Shown: positions 1 to 11,350, numbered from the whole stretch's first letter. The stretch is 63,420 bases of DNA, filler included, from Octopus bimaculoides (GCF_001194135.2; 7 parts of 6 records of this genome joined end to end with filler, not necessarily neighbours in it); one strand, 5' to 3'. Made by a program: numbers and translations. Notes: generated by a model from the sequence alone, not told the origin.

Positions 1-376
1 TTTCATCTGCCGTTACGTTCTGAGTTCAAATTACACCAAGGTCGACTTTACCTTTCATCCATTGGGGGTCGATAAATTAAGTACCAGTTACGCACTGGGG
101 TCGATGTAATCGACTTAATACCTTTGTCTGTCCTTGTTTGTCCCCTCTATGTTTAGCCCCTTGTGGGCAATAAAGAAATAAGAAACATTAGCATGCTGGG
201 CGAAATGTTTACTGGTATTTCGTCTGTGTTTATGTTCTGAGTTCAATTTCGCCGAGGCTGACTTTGCCTTTCATCCTTTTGGGGTCAATAAATTAAGTAC
301 CAGTTGTGTACTGGGGTCAATCTAATCAACCGCCCCCCCCCTCCCCCAAAATTTCAGGCCTAGAGTAGAAAAGAAT
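1..376 (+). mobile_element. Two tandem family A SINEs with different 3' tails
   Basis: 1-184 ends ...gcaataaagaaataagaaa; 185-376 ends ...aatttcaggcctagagtagaaaagaat. Confidence 0.88.
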
Positions 377-595
377 ATCGGCCTGGGCCGATTTTGCCAA
401 ATCACTGATTTGGCTCCGAAATACATTCAAGGATGGGCTAATTAATTTCTGATTAAACATGTATTCTGGTTTGACATCAGCCACACTTTATGTTCTCCAT
501 AGCATTACACCTGATCCCTGGCATGAATTGCTCTGATTCCAGGCTCACCCACCCAGCGTTTGAAAATAAAAATGTAATATTCTTTCAATTTACAG

Positions 596-650
596 CCAAT
601 GAGGACCACCCACTGCTGAACAGAAACAATATTAAATTTGTTTTGAAGAT
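596..650 (+). CDS. Candidate 55-nt internal exon of a different, plus-strand gene: (x)NEDHPLLNRNNIKFVLK
   Basis: Strong acceptor ttctttcaatttacag| and donor |GTAAGT; one of three frames is open. Product not recognised. Confidence 0.35.
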
Positions 651-1660
651 GTAAGTGTATGAGCATCAGTTTACATGGCACGTGTATGGGAATATCTGAA
701 AAAAATCATGTAGAAACCACTAGAAAAAAATTAAAAAACGAACAACTCAGTTTTCTTTGCAAACTTCATTTATTTTATAAACCATAACTTTGTAAAATGG
801 CTATTTACAACACAGCGAAATCAAATCACAACATATAAAAGTTAACAAAAATGAAGACAAAATATACTGGTCAATATACGCTGTAGAACTAAGAAATTTA
901 TTTAATTGGTGTTAAGGTCACTTATACAGCTTTGGCTAATTGTGACAAAGTTTAACAATCATTCATATCTGCACATAAAGACCAGTAAATAAGGAGTAAC
1001 AGTATTCATTTTAAGGTTTGATTTTATGACTTGAAATTTGGGAGATTTGCAGAAATAGGAAAAATACATTAAATGCAAGAGATACATCNNNNNNNNNNNN
1101 NNNNNNNNNNNNNNNNNNNNNNNNNNNNNNNNNNNNNNNNNNNNNNNNNNNNNNNNNNNNNNNNNNNNNNNNNNNNNNNNNNNNNNNNNNNNNNNNNNNN
1201 NNNNNNNNNNNNNNNNNNNNNNNNNNNNNNNNNNNNNNNNNNNNNNNNNNNNNNNNNNNNNNNNNNNNNNNNNNNNNNNNNNNNNNNNNNNNNNNNNNNN
1301 NNNNNNNNNNNNNNNNNNNNNNNNNNNNNNNNNNNNNNNNNNNNNNNNNNNNNNNNNNNNNNNNNNNNNNNNNNNNNNNNNNNNNNNNNNNNNNNNNNNN
1401 NNNNNNNNNNNNNNNNNNNNNNNNNNNNNNNNNNNNNNNNNNNNNNNNNNNNNNNNNNNNNNNNNNNNNNNNNNNNNNNNNNNNNNNNNNNNNNNNNNNN
1501 NNNNNNNNNNNNNNNNNNNNNNNNNNNNNNNNNNNNNNNNNNNNNNNNNNNNNNNNNNNNNNNNNNNNNNNNNNNNNNNNNNNNNNNNNNNNNNNNNNNN
1601 NNNNNNNNNNNNNNNNNNNNNNNNNNNNNNNNNNNAATGTTTACTACTGTTTTATAACAG

Positions 1661-1710
1661 AACCTACCAAAGCTAGTACAACCATTGCCCCCACCCCACA
1701 GTCTGGCTAA
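1661..1710 (+). CDS. Candidate terminal exon (x)PTKASTTIAPTPQSG-stop
   Basis: Acceptor tactgttttataacag| just after the gap, and a short open frame to TAA. Its phase does not join 596-650 directly, so an exon inside gap 1089-1635 would be needed. Confidence 0.2.
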
Positions 1711-1901
1711 AACAGTACTCAAAGTGAATATTAATATCATCATGTGCCCAGCCCAGGGCCATTTTCAGTCCAATGACTGCAAATCAGAATTTTAAAATGC
1801 AGTCATTTTCAATAGACTATAAGCAAAGGATAAGATATATGCTGAAATGTAAAGCAAAATGTAGAATAATAGCCCTTTTGTCAAATATCAAAAACAATTA
1901 A

Positions 1902-2386
1902 CGGGGTTCCTGCAGGTTTTTAAAAAGAAAATTCAAGGATTTTCAAGGATATTTTCACGCTAGATTCAAGGACTATCACAACCACTCCACAAAAAGTGTC
2001 TTCGAGTGTTTCCAAGGACATCCTTCTGATAAAACAAAACTACTTACACTACTTAAATTCTCAAATCATATTGCTTAAATATCGTCCAATCATTTTCCTC
2101 CAGCTGTTGACGAATGTGTAGCAATGTTTCGCTGCCAGTGTTGGCTGCCTATACAAGCAGCCAACACTGGAAACGTGGAGACATTGTAAATAGGAATTGA
2201 GGTTTAAGTAGAACATTTTTCTTCTGTAGTACGGGAAGTGGACTGAATATAAATCTTTTAAATAAAAATCCAAGGTTTTCAAGGATTTGTGTGTGTCTGG
2301 ATAATTTTCAAGGATTTTCCAGGTCTGGAATTTTACTTTTCAAATTCAAGGGTATTTAAAGAATTCAAGGGCCTGTGGGAACCCTG
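1902..2386. mobile_element. Non-autonomous TIR element with TTCAAGGA subterminal repeats
   Basis: C(G/A)GGGTTCC termini, about eight same-orientation TTCAAGG-like motifs and a central 14-bp palindrome; TSD unclear. Confidence 0.65.
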
Positions 2387-2859
2387 ATTAGGAATTTGAT
2401 AGGGCCTGCAGCACGATTTTCATTTTTAGGGTTATATGTGGACACAGGCCTACCCGCATGAAGATCTGCCAGTAATTATCCTCACATTTGATGTCTCAAC
2501 ATAATGGTTAATCACAACAATCTGAAAGCGAAACTAGCATATGTCCATTTTGCAATGATAATTCTTACATTTTTTTCAACAAAACCATACAGTTATGGAT
2601 ATTGTAAGAAGTGGCTAGATGAGCCAGTTCTAAAAATGTCCATATCTGCATGGTTTTACTGAGAGTCCCAAGAAATTTCAAGCTGTGGTAGTCTTGATGA
2701 TTTGGGTAAATTGTTAACATAGATCTGAGCTCTTTCAAAAAGATTTAATAGAAAAATTGCGTGTTACATCTACAGAATGCATAAACCCCATAACATTAAG
2801 GTCAATATAACTGCTTTGTTAACTGGTTGAGTGCTGGAAGCAACTGTCGTGGTTTTGAA

Positions 2860-3345
2860 GAAAAGTGGATTATCGGTATGGTATCGGCATCGGCAAAAGT
2901 TTACAATTCTTCTGGCATTAACAGCTGATATATGATTGGCTGTCAGCTGCACAACATATGTAATGGTGATAGCTCATCTTGAAAAATGTTCAGAAACAGA
3001 AAGAGATATGCCCCAAATACAGATCCACCAGGGATGATTCGTTGAATCACGCTGACTGTTGGACAACCTCACCTCTCGTCTGTGATGTCTAATAGTTCAG
3101 CTTAGAAAATGCAGAGCTCCTGATGACTACGTTCACAGCACTTCATCCAGTAAGATGAACTTCCTTAACTAAGTGGCATTACCACACCTGTGCAATCAGA
3201 GCACAGATATCGATTTTGATATTGGTACTGGTTGATATCGAATTGAGTTATCAGATATTGGCAAATACCAATAATACTCATATCAGCTCGTCCTTAGGCT
3301 ATTCAAATTTAGGAATTGGCTATACAAAGACCGATATCTTCGATA
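2860..3345. mobile_element. Possible old hAT-type relic
   Basis: Scattered atcggtat/ccgatatc motifs typical of hAT subtermini; no TIR or TSD resolved. Confidence 0.25.
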
Positions 3346-4107
3346 TTTACTGTGAATCACTGATGAAAGTTTCAACTGGCCAAATGAAAGTTTGCCTTTT
3401 TTGCCATACCAGTTATATAGCTTGCCTAATTTGCTGTTCAGGACATGGTGTGGTATCCTTCACACTGTGTCACTAGTATTTTTACCCAAGCACAGCAAGG
3501 CAATTAACACGAAAATGGATGCGATTTAAAAGTTCTTATCTATACGAGGTGTATCAAAACTCTCCCAACCACTGGCCAGAAAGGTCCACTACTCTACGAC
3601 TGCTCCCAGCACAAGACTTGTTCTCACCGTATGACGTCATTTCCTTCCCCTTTTTGTCTCTTCCTAACGTCACTCCCTCTCCCCTTGTCACTCATCTTTC
3701 CTCCACACATGAACAAGGAAATAGAACTGAAAACAAGTGTGTATATTAATTTATTTTTATTTAATCACTAGAAGTTACAACGTGACTCAAGTGAAGAGAG
3801 TTTCGTGCACTGTCACTTATCTGACCAAACACGTTTCAAATTGTGTGGGTGAGTGGGGTGTTTATATTCACATAGATACCGATTGAAATGATTAATATAA
3901 TTATCACTGGATTGTTCTAGACGAAATTAGAAACAAAAAACGTACAGGATCACGTCGATTATGAATATTGATTGTTTTCAAATTGTTTGCCTGTTGAGCA
4001 GTTCAATAAATGAATAAATAAAAAATACAGTAAAATGAATTATGTAAAGAAAAAGGTTAAAGAATATATGAATATATAAACATACATATAAGCAGGAGTA
4101 CCACAAA

Positions 4108-4642
4108 CAGGGTGTCCCAGAGTTAACTTTCTAGTTCATTGAAATCGAATAAATTATTTTAAATAAAGCTGAAAAATTTTTTATGAGTATTAGTTAATTA
4201 TGATACGAAATCAAACAGAATTTATAAACCTTACGTCAAAACTATATTGCAAAATTTACAACATGTGCTCCGTCTGAATCCTTCTAAGTTTCAAATCTGT
4301 CCTTAGCATTACGAAACACAAATTGAAGCATTTTAAGAAATACCTCCTGCACTGCTAACTGAATGCCTTCTTTAAGTCTAACCAAACTATTGCTCCATTC
4401 TGGGGGTGGAGCTATAGAAAATGATTTGAACAAAATTGAAAACAATGCTGTCGTGGCCAGATAAGCGGGATCCAACAGGAATGTAAAAGTTATTTTAAAA
4501 AATGAGAAAAATTATGAAATTATAGACAAAATTAAAAATTTATACGTTTTTGACAGATATTAAACAGGATAAACGTAAGTAAAAATAAGTTTCCTAAAGA
4601 ATTTTCCGATTTCACTGAAATACTTAATTCTTGGACACCCTG
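4108..4642 (-). mobile_element. Internally deleted Tc1/mariner element with TIRs
   Basis: TIRs CAGGGTGTCC(C/A)AGA at both ends, TA at 4643-44; residual transposase tail LVRLKEGIQLAVQEVFLKMLQFVFRNAKDRF...DGAHV. Confidence 0.75.
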
Positions 4643-4655
4643 TATGAGTGCACAT

Positions 4656-4704
<49 letters not shown>

Positions 4705-4941
4705 ATAAGCATGCATACATATGCACATACACACACGCATAGTTACATGCGTGGTTGTGCAGTTACAAAGCAAGCTTCGGAACTATGTGCTTTCGGGTTT
4801 AATCCTACTGTGTAGCAACTTAGACAAGTATCTTCTACTTATAATCCCGGGTTTTACTATACAACTAATTATTTGTGAGTGAATTTGGTTGATAGAAGCC
4901 GTGTGGTCATGTTGTATAAAACAGATCTTTTGATTGGTTAG

Positions 4942-4991
4942 TTACTCTTCCAAGCGGATGAAGATGGCCATGGAATCAGCTTTTTCAAAAT
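4942..4991 (-). CDS. Probable last coding exon: (N)FEKADSMAIFIRLEE-stop
   Basis: Acceptor ttttattattttccag| at 4992-4993; phase 1 matches the previous exon (A+AT = Asn); TAA at 4944-4942. AD-x-MAIFI is the expected end of this domain. A weak alternative donor (GA|GTAACT) overlaps the stop. Confidence 0.85.
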
Positions 4992-5149
4992 CTGGAAAAT
5001 AATAAAAGTAACAACAAAATTAACAGCAAAATCAACAATATGAATATTGTTTCTCTTCACGGGGTTCTGAGTTCAAAATATCGCAGAGACCGATGGAAAC
5101 GACAAATCTCCTCCCGACGAAACTGCTGGCCTTCTGTCAAAATCTGAAA

Positions 5150-5300
5150 TCAATATTTCCTTTCATTATTGATGACATAATCCCATCTATTTGGCAAATA
5201 ATTGATCCTTGGGACGTAAAATTCTTCAGCTTTCGAAGCAAAGAAACATTTAATATCATTTGTGACCTCATCACAATTGACAAAATCTTACATGGATCCT
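5150..5300 (-). mobile_element. Mariner transposase C-terminal relic
   Basis: Minus frame reads DFVNCDEVTNDIKCFFASKAEEFYVPRINYLPNRWDYVINNERKY, the typical mariner C-terminus. Confidence 0.7.
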
Positions 5301-5549
5301 TAGGGGTGAAATAGTCCCCAGTTAAGAACCACTCGACTAATATATCCATACTTAAATCCATAGTCTTATGCTTGTACAAGAGAGTGCTGCTGCTACTACT
5401 ACTACTACTACTACCTGAATATTTGAATAAGATGCCTTTATTTCTAAAACTTAGATTCTGCCAGCTCGCCAACTTTTAATAATGATGGTAGTAAATCTAG
5501 TGGTTTTAAAGATAAGTTAATATATAATTCCTTTAATATTAATCTGATC

Positions 5550-6228
5550 AGAATCCTGCCATGATCTTTGCCTTCAGTTCATCTTTGGTATTACAAGAAA
5601 CTTTGTTTGTCTCTCGCTCAACTGCGTCTCACACATAATTATCAAGGGGATTGCAATCTGGGGAGATAGGTAGCCAGATGTTAGGGGTGATGTGGTCGCA
5701 GAAATTGTCCGACGGCCATGACTGGGTTCCCCTGCTTGTGAGTCATGGTGCAGAGTCCTGTTGCCAGACATGGAATCTTCCAGCAGCCACCCTCTTTACC
5801 CAGGGCATCACTACCTCCTCCAGGCACTTGATGTAGGCCACCGTGTTGAGTCTGAAGCCGTGTGGGAAGATGAATAGGGGCATTACGTCGCCGTCACTAG
5901 TGAGCACTCCAAACATGATGGTGACTGGATGTTGGCTGAATGTTTGAGTTTTAGCACTCTCGGTACATGTTTTGGGGACACTGCAAGCCAACGGTTGTTC
6001 TGTGTGTTCACTACCTGTTCGTATTCGAGCTTCCGGCGCGAATGCCAAGCAATACATCATGTCGTTTCCAAATTTCTGGCAGAGTCAATTGCGTCATGGT
6101 GCTGTTTTTGTCACAGATGGTGCCCACTGATCCTACTATACTGTGTAGTCGACAAAACCAAAAACATCCAACGCGCATGCGCGAAATTGAAAAATATAGA
6201 ATGGCAACAATTTACCCATCGCAACCTG
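5550..6228 (-). mobile_element. Internally deleted maT (DD37D) Tc1/mariner relic
   Basis: Translates to NTQNNRWL...FGVLTSDGDVMPLFIFPHG...WQQDSAP...SPDCNPLD, with stops and frameshifts; one ITR ends near 6228. Confidence 0.88.
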
Positions 6229-6427
6229 TCTTTATGCCATTGTTTGGTTCCCTAACACTGCTTCATTATCGTTCTTTCCCTATAACTTAGTGGTGCTCTA
6301 GCATGGCCGCAATCAAATGACTAAAGTAAAAGCTAAAAGATGTCTACACTTCATTTCAATCAGTTTGGTCCTATGTTTGTCAGCTGTCTTATTTTTACGT
6401 GTATTTATTTTTTTCTCTTCTTATATA

Positions 6428-6632
6428 CCAGGGTGTGCTGAAAAGTTCCTGGCTTTGAGAAAAAGAAAATAAAGGAAGATTAGTTAAACATGATTTTATT
6501 CAGCATATTTCCCTCTCAAATTTACAAAATTACTACAGTAGTTGTTCAGTTTCTTTTAAGAACTCAGAAATTTGTGTCTCCAGCCAGGCTTTTCGCGATA
6601 CACTTAAAGCCAGGAGCTTTTCAGCAACCTCG
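6428..6632. mobile_element. Mariner-type MITE (about 205 bp)
   Basis: TIR core GCTGAAAAG(T/C)TCCTGGCTTT at both ends; TA on the left. Confidence 0.75.
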
Positions 6633-6852
6633 CGAACTAAATTTCCCCACACCTACACGTGTGTAATATTATATCACACGATGATGCTCTTCGTTAAGTA
6701 CTGTGAGACCTACGCTTCGCTGAGAAGGCATAACACCGAAACATGACCTGCGTTGTTTCTCGTGTTCGCCACGCAGTTATAATTAAACTTATAGTACTTA
6801 TAGTACATTAACCTAGCAGAGAGACAATTAAAGCAGATGACGAAATACTTAC

Positions 6853-7013
6853 TGTTATTCCATCTAATTCTCGAATTGTCACCTGAGTAAATTATGACAG
6901 GAAGAGGAATACGTTTCTCAAATTCACAGTGAGCAATTTCCAAAACATAGAGCCAACCTTTGTCTGCTTCACAACCATTATGCAAAGACGATATATAGAA
7001 ATTACGTCTTTGA
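6853..7013 (-). CDS. Internal coding exon (161 nt, phase 2 to 1): (H)QRRNFYISSLHNGCEADKGWLYVLEIAHCEFEKRIPLPVIIYSGDNSRIRWNN(N)
   Basis: Acceptor tttttctcctttttag| at 7014-7015 and donor |GTAAGT at 6852-6847. CA+T completes a His codon across the junction. R-x-F-x-I...GC-x2-D-x-GW...C-x-FE...IIYS continues the same domain. Lies inside track ORF 6710..7033. Confidence 0.9.
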
Positions 7014-7287
7014 CTAAAAAAGGAGAAAAACAAAATAAAGTTTCTTTGTAGTTATTGTTTTGCTGTTATTGCCGTTATCAGATCTTGTAATTTAGAAGCT
7101 TGCCTCGAATCTACATAATTTATGAAGCAAACTGGTTTCCAGGTTTGAACTGACACCGCTCATTGATACACTGGACAAGTAGTGTCCACTACTTTACAGT
7201 TCACGAAATCTTTGTGAGTGAAAGTTGCTTAGAAGTAATCTGTGTGTAGGACCATATTAAGAAGGACGGTCCTTATACGTGTGTAGT

Positions 7288-7668
7288 CTTTTCCCTCTTT
7301 GGCACTCCGTCGCTTACGACGTCGAGGGTTCCAGTTGAACCGATCCACGGAACAGCCTGCTCGTGAAATTAACGTGCAAGTGGCTGAGCACTCCACAGAC
7401 ACGTGTACCCTTAACGTAGTTCTCGGGGATATTCAGCGTGACACAGTGTGACAGGGCTGACCCTTTGAATTACAGGCACAACAGAAAGAGTGAGAGAAAG
7501 TTGTGGTGAAAGAGTACAGCAGGGTTCGCCACTATCCCCTGCCGGAGCCTCGTGGAGCTTGGGGTGTTTTCGCTCAATAAACACTCACAACACCCGGTCT
7601 GGGAATCGAAACCGCAATCCTATGACCGCGAGTCCGCTGCCCTAACCACTGGGCCATTGCGCCTCCAC
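7288..7668 (-). mobile_element. Full-length tRNA(Arg)-like SINE (family C) with 11-bp TSD
   Basis: TSD acgtgtgtagt at 7277-7287 and 7669-7679; head tggcccagtggttagggcagcggac...ggtttcgattccc. Confidence 0.92.
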
Positions 7669-8118
7669 ACGTGTGTAGTAGCCATTATTTATTAGCCAGT
7701 TTAACACAACAGCCTCACCTTTCGGCGAGGGGAGTTTAATAGAGACAATTCTTTTGCAAATATTTGGGCCAGTTTTTTTTTTTTTGCTTGGGAATAACTT
7801 CATCCCTTCCTCCTACCTAGCATTCGTAAAGGGCCAGAACAAAATTAAATGTCTTGTCCTTGCTCATCTGACTAAGGAATATTTCAAAGTGGTTATTCTT
7901 AGTCAAGAATGATCAATGGTCAAATGTATTTCAATTATTACTGTCCCCTCTTCGGATTACATTTCCAATATATACTACATTTAATCTTTAGACGGTAGGG
8001 TCTGATTTTAGCGATATTTATTGACAGTTATTTCTAGCAGGTGAAACTAGTTTATAGACAGAGGTTACTAACCACTTTTATAATTCCAGATCCACAAAGA
8101 ATTACCCCAAATGTCCCT

Positions 8119-8338
8119 TATTTCTTTATTGCCCACAAGGGGCTAAACATAGAGGGGACAAACAAAGGGATTAAGTCGATTACATCGACACCACTGCGTA
8201 ACTGGTACTTTATTTATCGACACGGAGAGGATGAAAGGCAAAGTCGACCTCGGCGGAATTTGAACTCAGAACGTTGCAGCAGACGAAATACCGACAAGCA
8301 TTTCGCCCGGCGCGCTAACGTTTCTGCCAGCTCGCAGC
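8119..8338 (-). mobile_element. Full-length tRNA-headed SINE (family A) with 17-bp TSD
   Basis: TSD ttaccccaaatgtccct at 8102-8118 and 8339-8355; A-box (tggcagaaacgttag) and B-box (gagttcaaattcc). Confidence 0.92.
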
Positions 8339-8727
8339 TTACCCCAAATGTCCCTATGTACTAATCAGGTGACTCAAATCCGCCACCGTCACGAGTCAAT
8401 ATAAGTATGCATATGTCATTCTATGTTATTAACTTATTTCGTTTAATTACTGTACAGATAAGCAAAAAACAGAAGAGGAAAGAAAATTATACAAATTTTG
8501 TTATATTTATTCGTAAGTGAATGGATCTCGGTCTGTTTCGAGGATGACTATCAGTATTCTGTTGTTCGGTCAAGTGAAATTCCTGTTCAACGAATTAGTA
8601 GCATGTGAAACTGGTTGAGCAATTGAAACCACGAACTCACAATCACATGTTGAACATCTTGACTACCAAGCCAAATGCCTTCCTTGATACACACATGTAT
8701 GTATATAAGTAAATTCCTGCGTGTGTG

Positions 8728-8760
<33 letters not shown>

Positions 8761-9067
8761 TTAGTTGTTGGCAACACAATTCTATGAAATCGATGAAATA
8801 CTATAAAAGAATGCAACGAAGTTAATTCTCAATCTTTGCAGGTAAACATTAATCAATAACATTAATCCCACGATTAAACTAATATTTACTGCAACGATCG
8901 AAATGCACGGGAAGTGTATATAGTTGATTATATAGACAATGTACTTCGCTGGTAGTTTATTCATAAACGCCAGTGGGATAAAAGTATGTGTTAATCCCAA
9001 AAGGTTTTGAACACGGAATATAATTACAAATAACTTTTTAGTTATTATACAGATAAAAATTACTTAC

Positions 9068-9231
9068 TGAAATCTATTCATTGCGAAGAGATTGACACCA
9101 GCTGCAGGTAGGTCGGACCAAGGAGAGCTTTTCAGCTTTTCACGCGAGAACCAGTTTCGAAGGTTTGTATTTCGTCCATTGAACACCATATTGACCACAG
9201 CTGTTTTGTTTTTGTAAATCACTAGTTTCAC
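9068..9231 (-). CDS. Internal coding exon (164 nt, phase 0 to 2) of an uncharacterised gene: VKLVIYKNKTAVVNMVFNGRNTNLRNWFSREKLKSSPWSDLPAAGVNLFAMNRF(H)
   Basis: Acceptor ttgtttttag| at 9232-9233 and donor |GTAAGT at 9067-9062; open frame. The F-x-G...WFS...SPW-x-DL pattern matches, from memory, an unnamed domain common in mollusc and other invertebrate proteins. Splices in frame to the next exon. Confidence 0.88.
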
Positions 9232-9258
9232 CTAAAAACAAATCGCCAATTATTATTA

Positions 9259-10558
9259 TTGGGTTGGTGCATAATTATTGCGACTTTTTTTTTCAACACA
9301 TTTTATTCAACAAAAACAATAACAACATGTCACAAAAACATCTTTAAATGATTATTCCGAAGCATATTCACAATCTACTTCAATTACTGCTTCCCATTTG
9401 CTTGGCAGATGGTCGATTCCACAGGCGAAGTTACTGCTCTTAGAGGCAATCCACTCTTTGACGGCAGTCACCAAGCCATCCAAATCGTCAGAAACTTTGT
9501 TCGCGAGCCAATGTTTCAGCGATCGATTGACGTGATAGTCCGTAGGCGCTTCTGAAGGACAATACGGCGGATGAAGATGCAGTTCCTAGCCCTCATTGGC
9601 GATAGATTCGACGACACGACCATCAACATGTGGACGTGCATTACCGTAGTGGAAGACGATATGGTTCATTTTGCGCGCTCTTTTCCTCTCGATTGCAGCG
9701 TGAATATGGTCAAGTTGAGCGAGAGAAATGTCGCTGTTGATATTTAATTGCCGCTTGCCGTTTCTGTCCGGAATCCGCCACTGTTGACGCCCATCGTCGT
9801 CATTCCACCGATAACAAATTCTGTTTGAGATGATTTCCCAGTGAATGATACCGCTCCTGTCCCACCAAACACACCACATTTCCTTCTTACAGTGGACGTC
9901 TTTCGGTATTCCTTTAGGTGAAACACCTGGCGAAACGCAAGCCTTCTTTCTTTTGACGTTTTTAAAGAGAAGCCATGATTCATCCCCAGTGACGGGATTC
10001 TTCAGGAACAGAGTTTGCTCATTTCGCTGCAGAAAATCTGTAAAAATTCGGACACGTTCGGCTTTGTTGTTATCGGGGAGTTCGTGGTGGACCCACACAG
10101 CTAGTTTCCCTACTTTGCCGAGCTTTTTTAGACGACGAACGATGGTCGAATGGTCCACATTGAAGCCCTCGGCCAACATTCTCGTTGTCAAGCTTTTGTC
10201 CTCTTCCACGGCTGCCAAAAGTGCCTCGTCGTTGAAATTTGACGATCGGCCTCTTCTTTTTTCATCTGCGAGGTTTCTTGAACTTCCTGAACCATCTTTC
10301 AACTTGGCTTTTGATGATTGTTCCTTCACCAAAATGTTCATTGAGATCGCGAAATGACTGTGCTGCATTCCAACCTTTCTCGAAGTGGTAGAGCATAATA
10401 TGACGAATGTGGATATGATTTTCGATACGCATTTTTATAAAAAAATTTTTAAAAGCCGACCGTTATTTAAAGACGTTTTTCTTAAATATTGTTATTGTTT
10501 TTGTTTAATAAAATTTGTTGAAAGAAACAAAAGCCGCAATAATTATGCACCAACCCAA
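9259..10558 (-). mobile_element. Full-length (1300 bp) mariner DNA transposon with Hsmar1/cecropia-like ITRs
   Basis: ITRs TTGGGTTGGTGCATAATTATTGCG(A/G)CT extend imperfectly to about 75 bp; TA at 9257-58 and 10559-60; inserted in a (TAT)n tract. Confidence 0.95.
9352..10432 (-). pseudogene. Inactivated mariner (DD34D) transposase
   Basis: Starts MRIENHIHIRHIMLYHFEKGWNAAQSFRDL, with a frameshift after WFRKFK. Then WVHHEL, TGDESW, HYGNARPH (second catalytic D changed to G), a premature TAG at 9588-9586, HPPYCPSEAPTDY and TAA at 9354-9352. Confidence 0.95.
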
Positions 10559-10572
10559 TATTATTATTATTA

Positions 10573-10630
<58 letters not shown>
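10559..10630. repeat. (ATT)n microsatellite (others at 11630-11698, 29436-29635, 54800-54976)
   Basis: Read directly. Confidence 0.98.
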
Positions 10631-10631
10631 T

Positions 10632-10800
10632 TCCGCCTTAGTGAAGGCGAAGGTATTGTTTTTCAGTGGTGTTTGTCTGTTTGCTTGTCCGTGGACAAGA
10701 CATTTCAAGAAGCGATGGATGGATCCTGATGAAACTTTCAGGGTTGTTTGGCCTCGTGACTGATTAGGTTTTGGGATCGATCCGGTACCGGACAAGGATT
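10632..10800 (+). mobile_element. Possible Helentron/DINE-1-like non-autonomous element
   Basis: Starts after a TTA tract with hairpin cgcctt-agtg-aaggcg, then a GTCTGT-like tract and atcctgatgaaacttt. Family assignment is from memory. Confidence 0.4.
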
Positions 10801-11194
10801 TTGTATCTTTCGTTATATTTACTTTACATGAAGCATTACGATCTTACTTCGACTTCAAAGTCTTTCTTTGATTATCTCCCTTCAAAGCACGCTCATGGTC
10901 TCCACGTTAAGTCATGACGTTGCTGTTTCCAACGTTCTATTTTCGTTTCTCAGTTATTAATTTTACGCACGTCTCTATCTTAGTAGAAACTGATGGATTA
11001 AGAAATCAAACTACATAAACAAACGGCAGCAAAACCGTTCAGAAATTAAATAACACTAACATATTCAGTAACAATAATAAATTTAATTTAACCTCGACAA
11101 TTTTTAGTTGTACCGATTTTGTATATATCACTCCTGCTTAAAACCTCTTACCTACTTCACAATTGCATTTCTAGCTCTGCTTTGAATGAAGCTT

Positions 11195-11350
11195 TACGAT
11201 TTTGTGCGCAACGATGTTGTTAAACCTCCGTTACTAGCACCATATGCGGGTCCTTTCCGTTATCTTTCACGCACGGATAAATGTTTCACTAAAAGCTTTA
11301 ATGGTCGTAAAGACTCTGAATCAGTGGATATGCTAAAAAAGGGCCTTCAT
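11195..11350 (+). mobile_element. Ty3/Gypsy integrase C-terminal relic
   Basis: FVRNDVVKPPLLAPYAGPFRYLSRTDKCFTKSFNGRKDSESVDMLK matches the GPY/F module of Gypsy pol. Confidence 0.75.

Noticed and set aside
5093-5472. Overlapping 73-aa and 111-aa ORFs as genes
   Set aside because: A third frame shows a mariner C-terminal relic, and the region is an intron of the minus-strand gene.
6715-6750. Hammerhead-like ctgagaagg...ccgaaacatgac
   Set aside because: Core and cleavage triplet both deviate and stem I is poor; at most a dead relic.
7598-7668. tRNA gene
   Set aside because: It is the head of a SINE bounded by a TSD; the same applies to the other tRNA-like heads.
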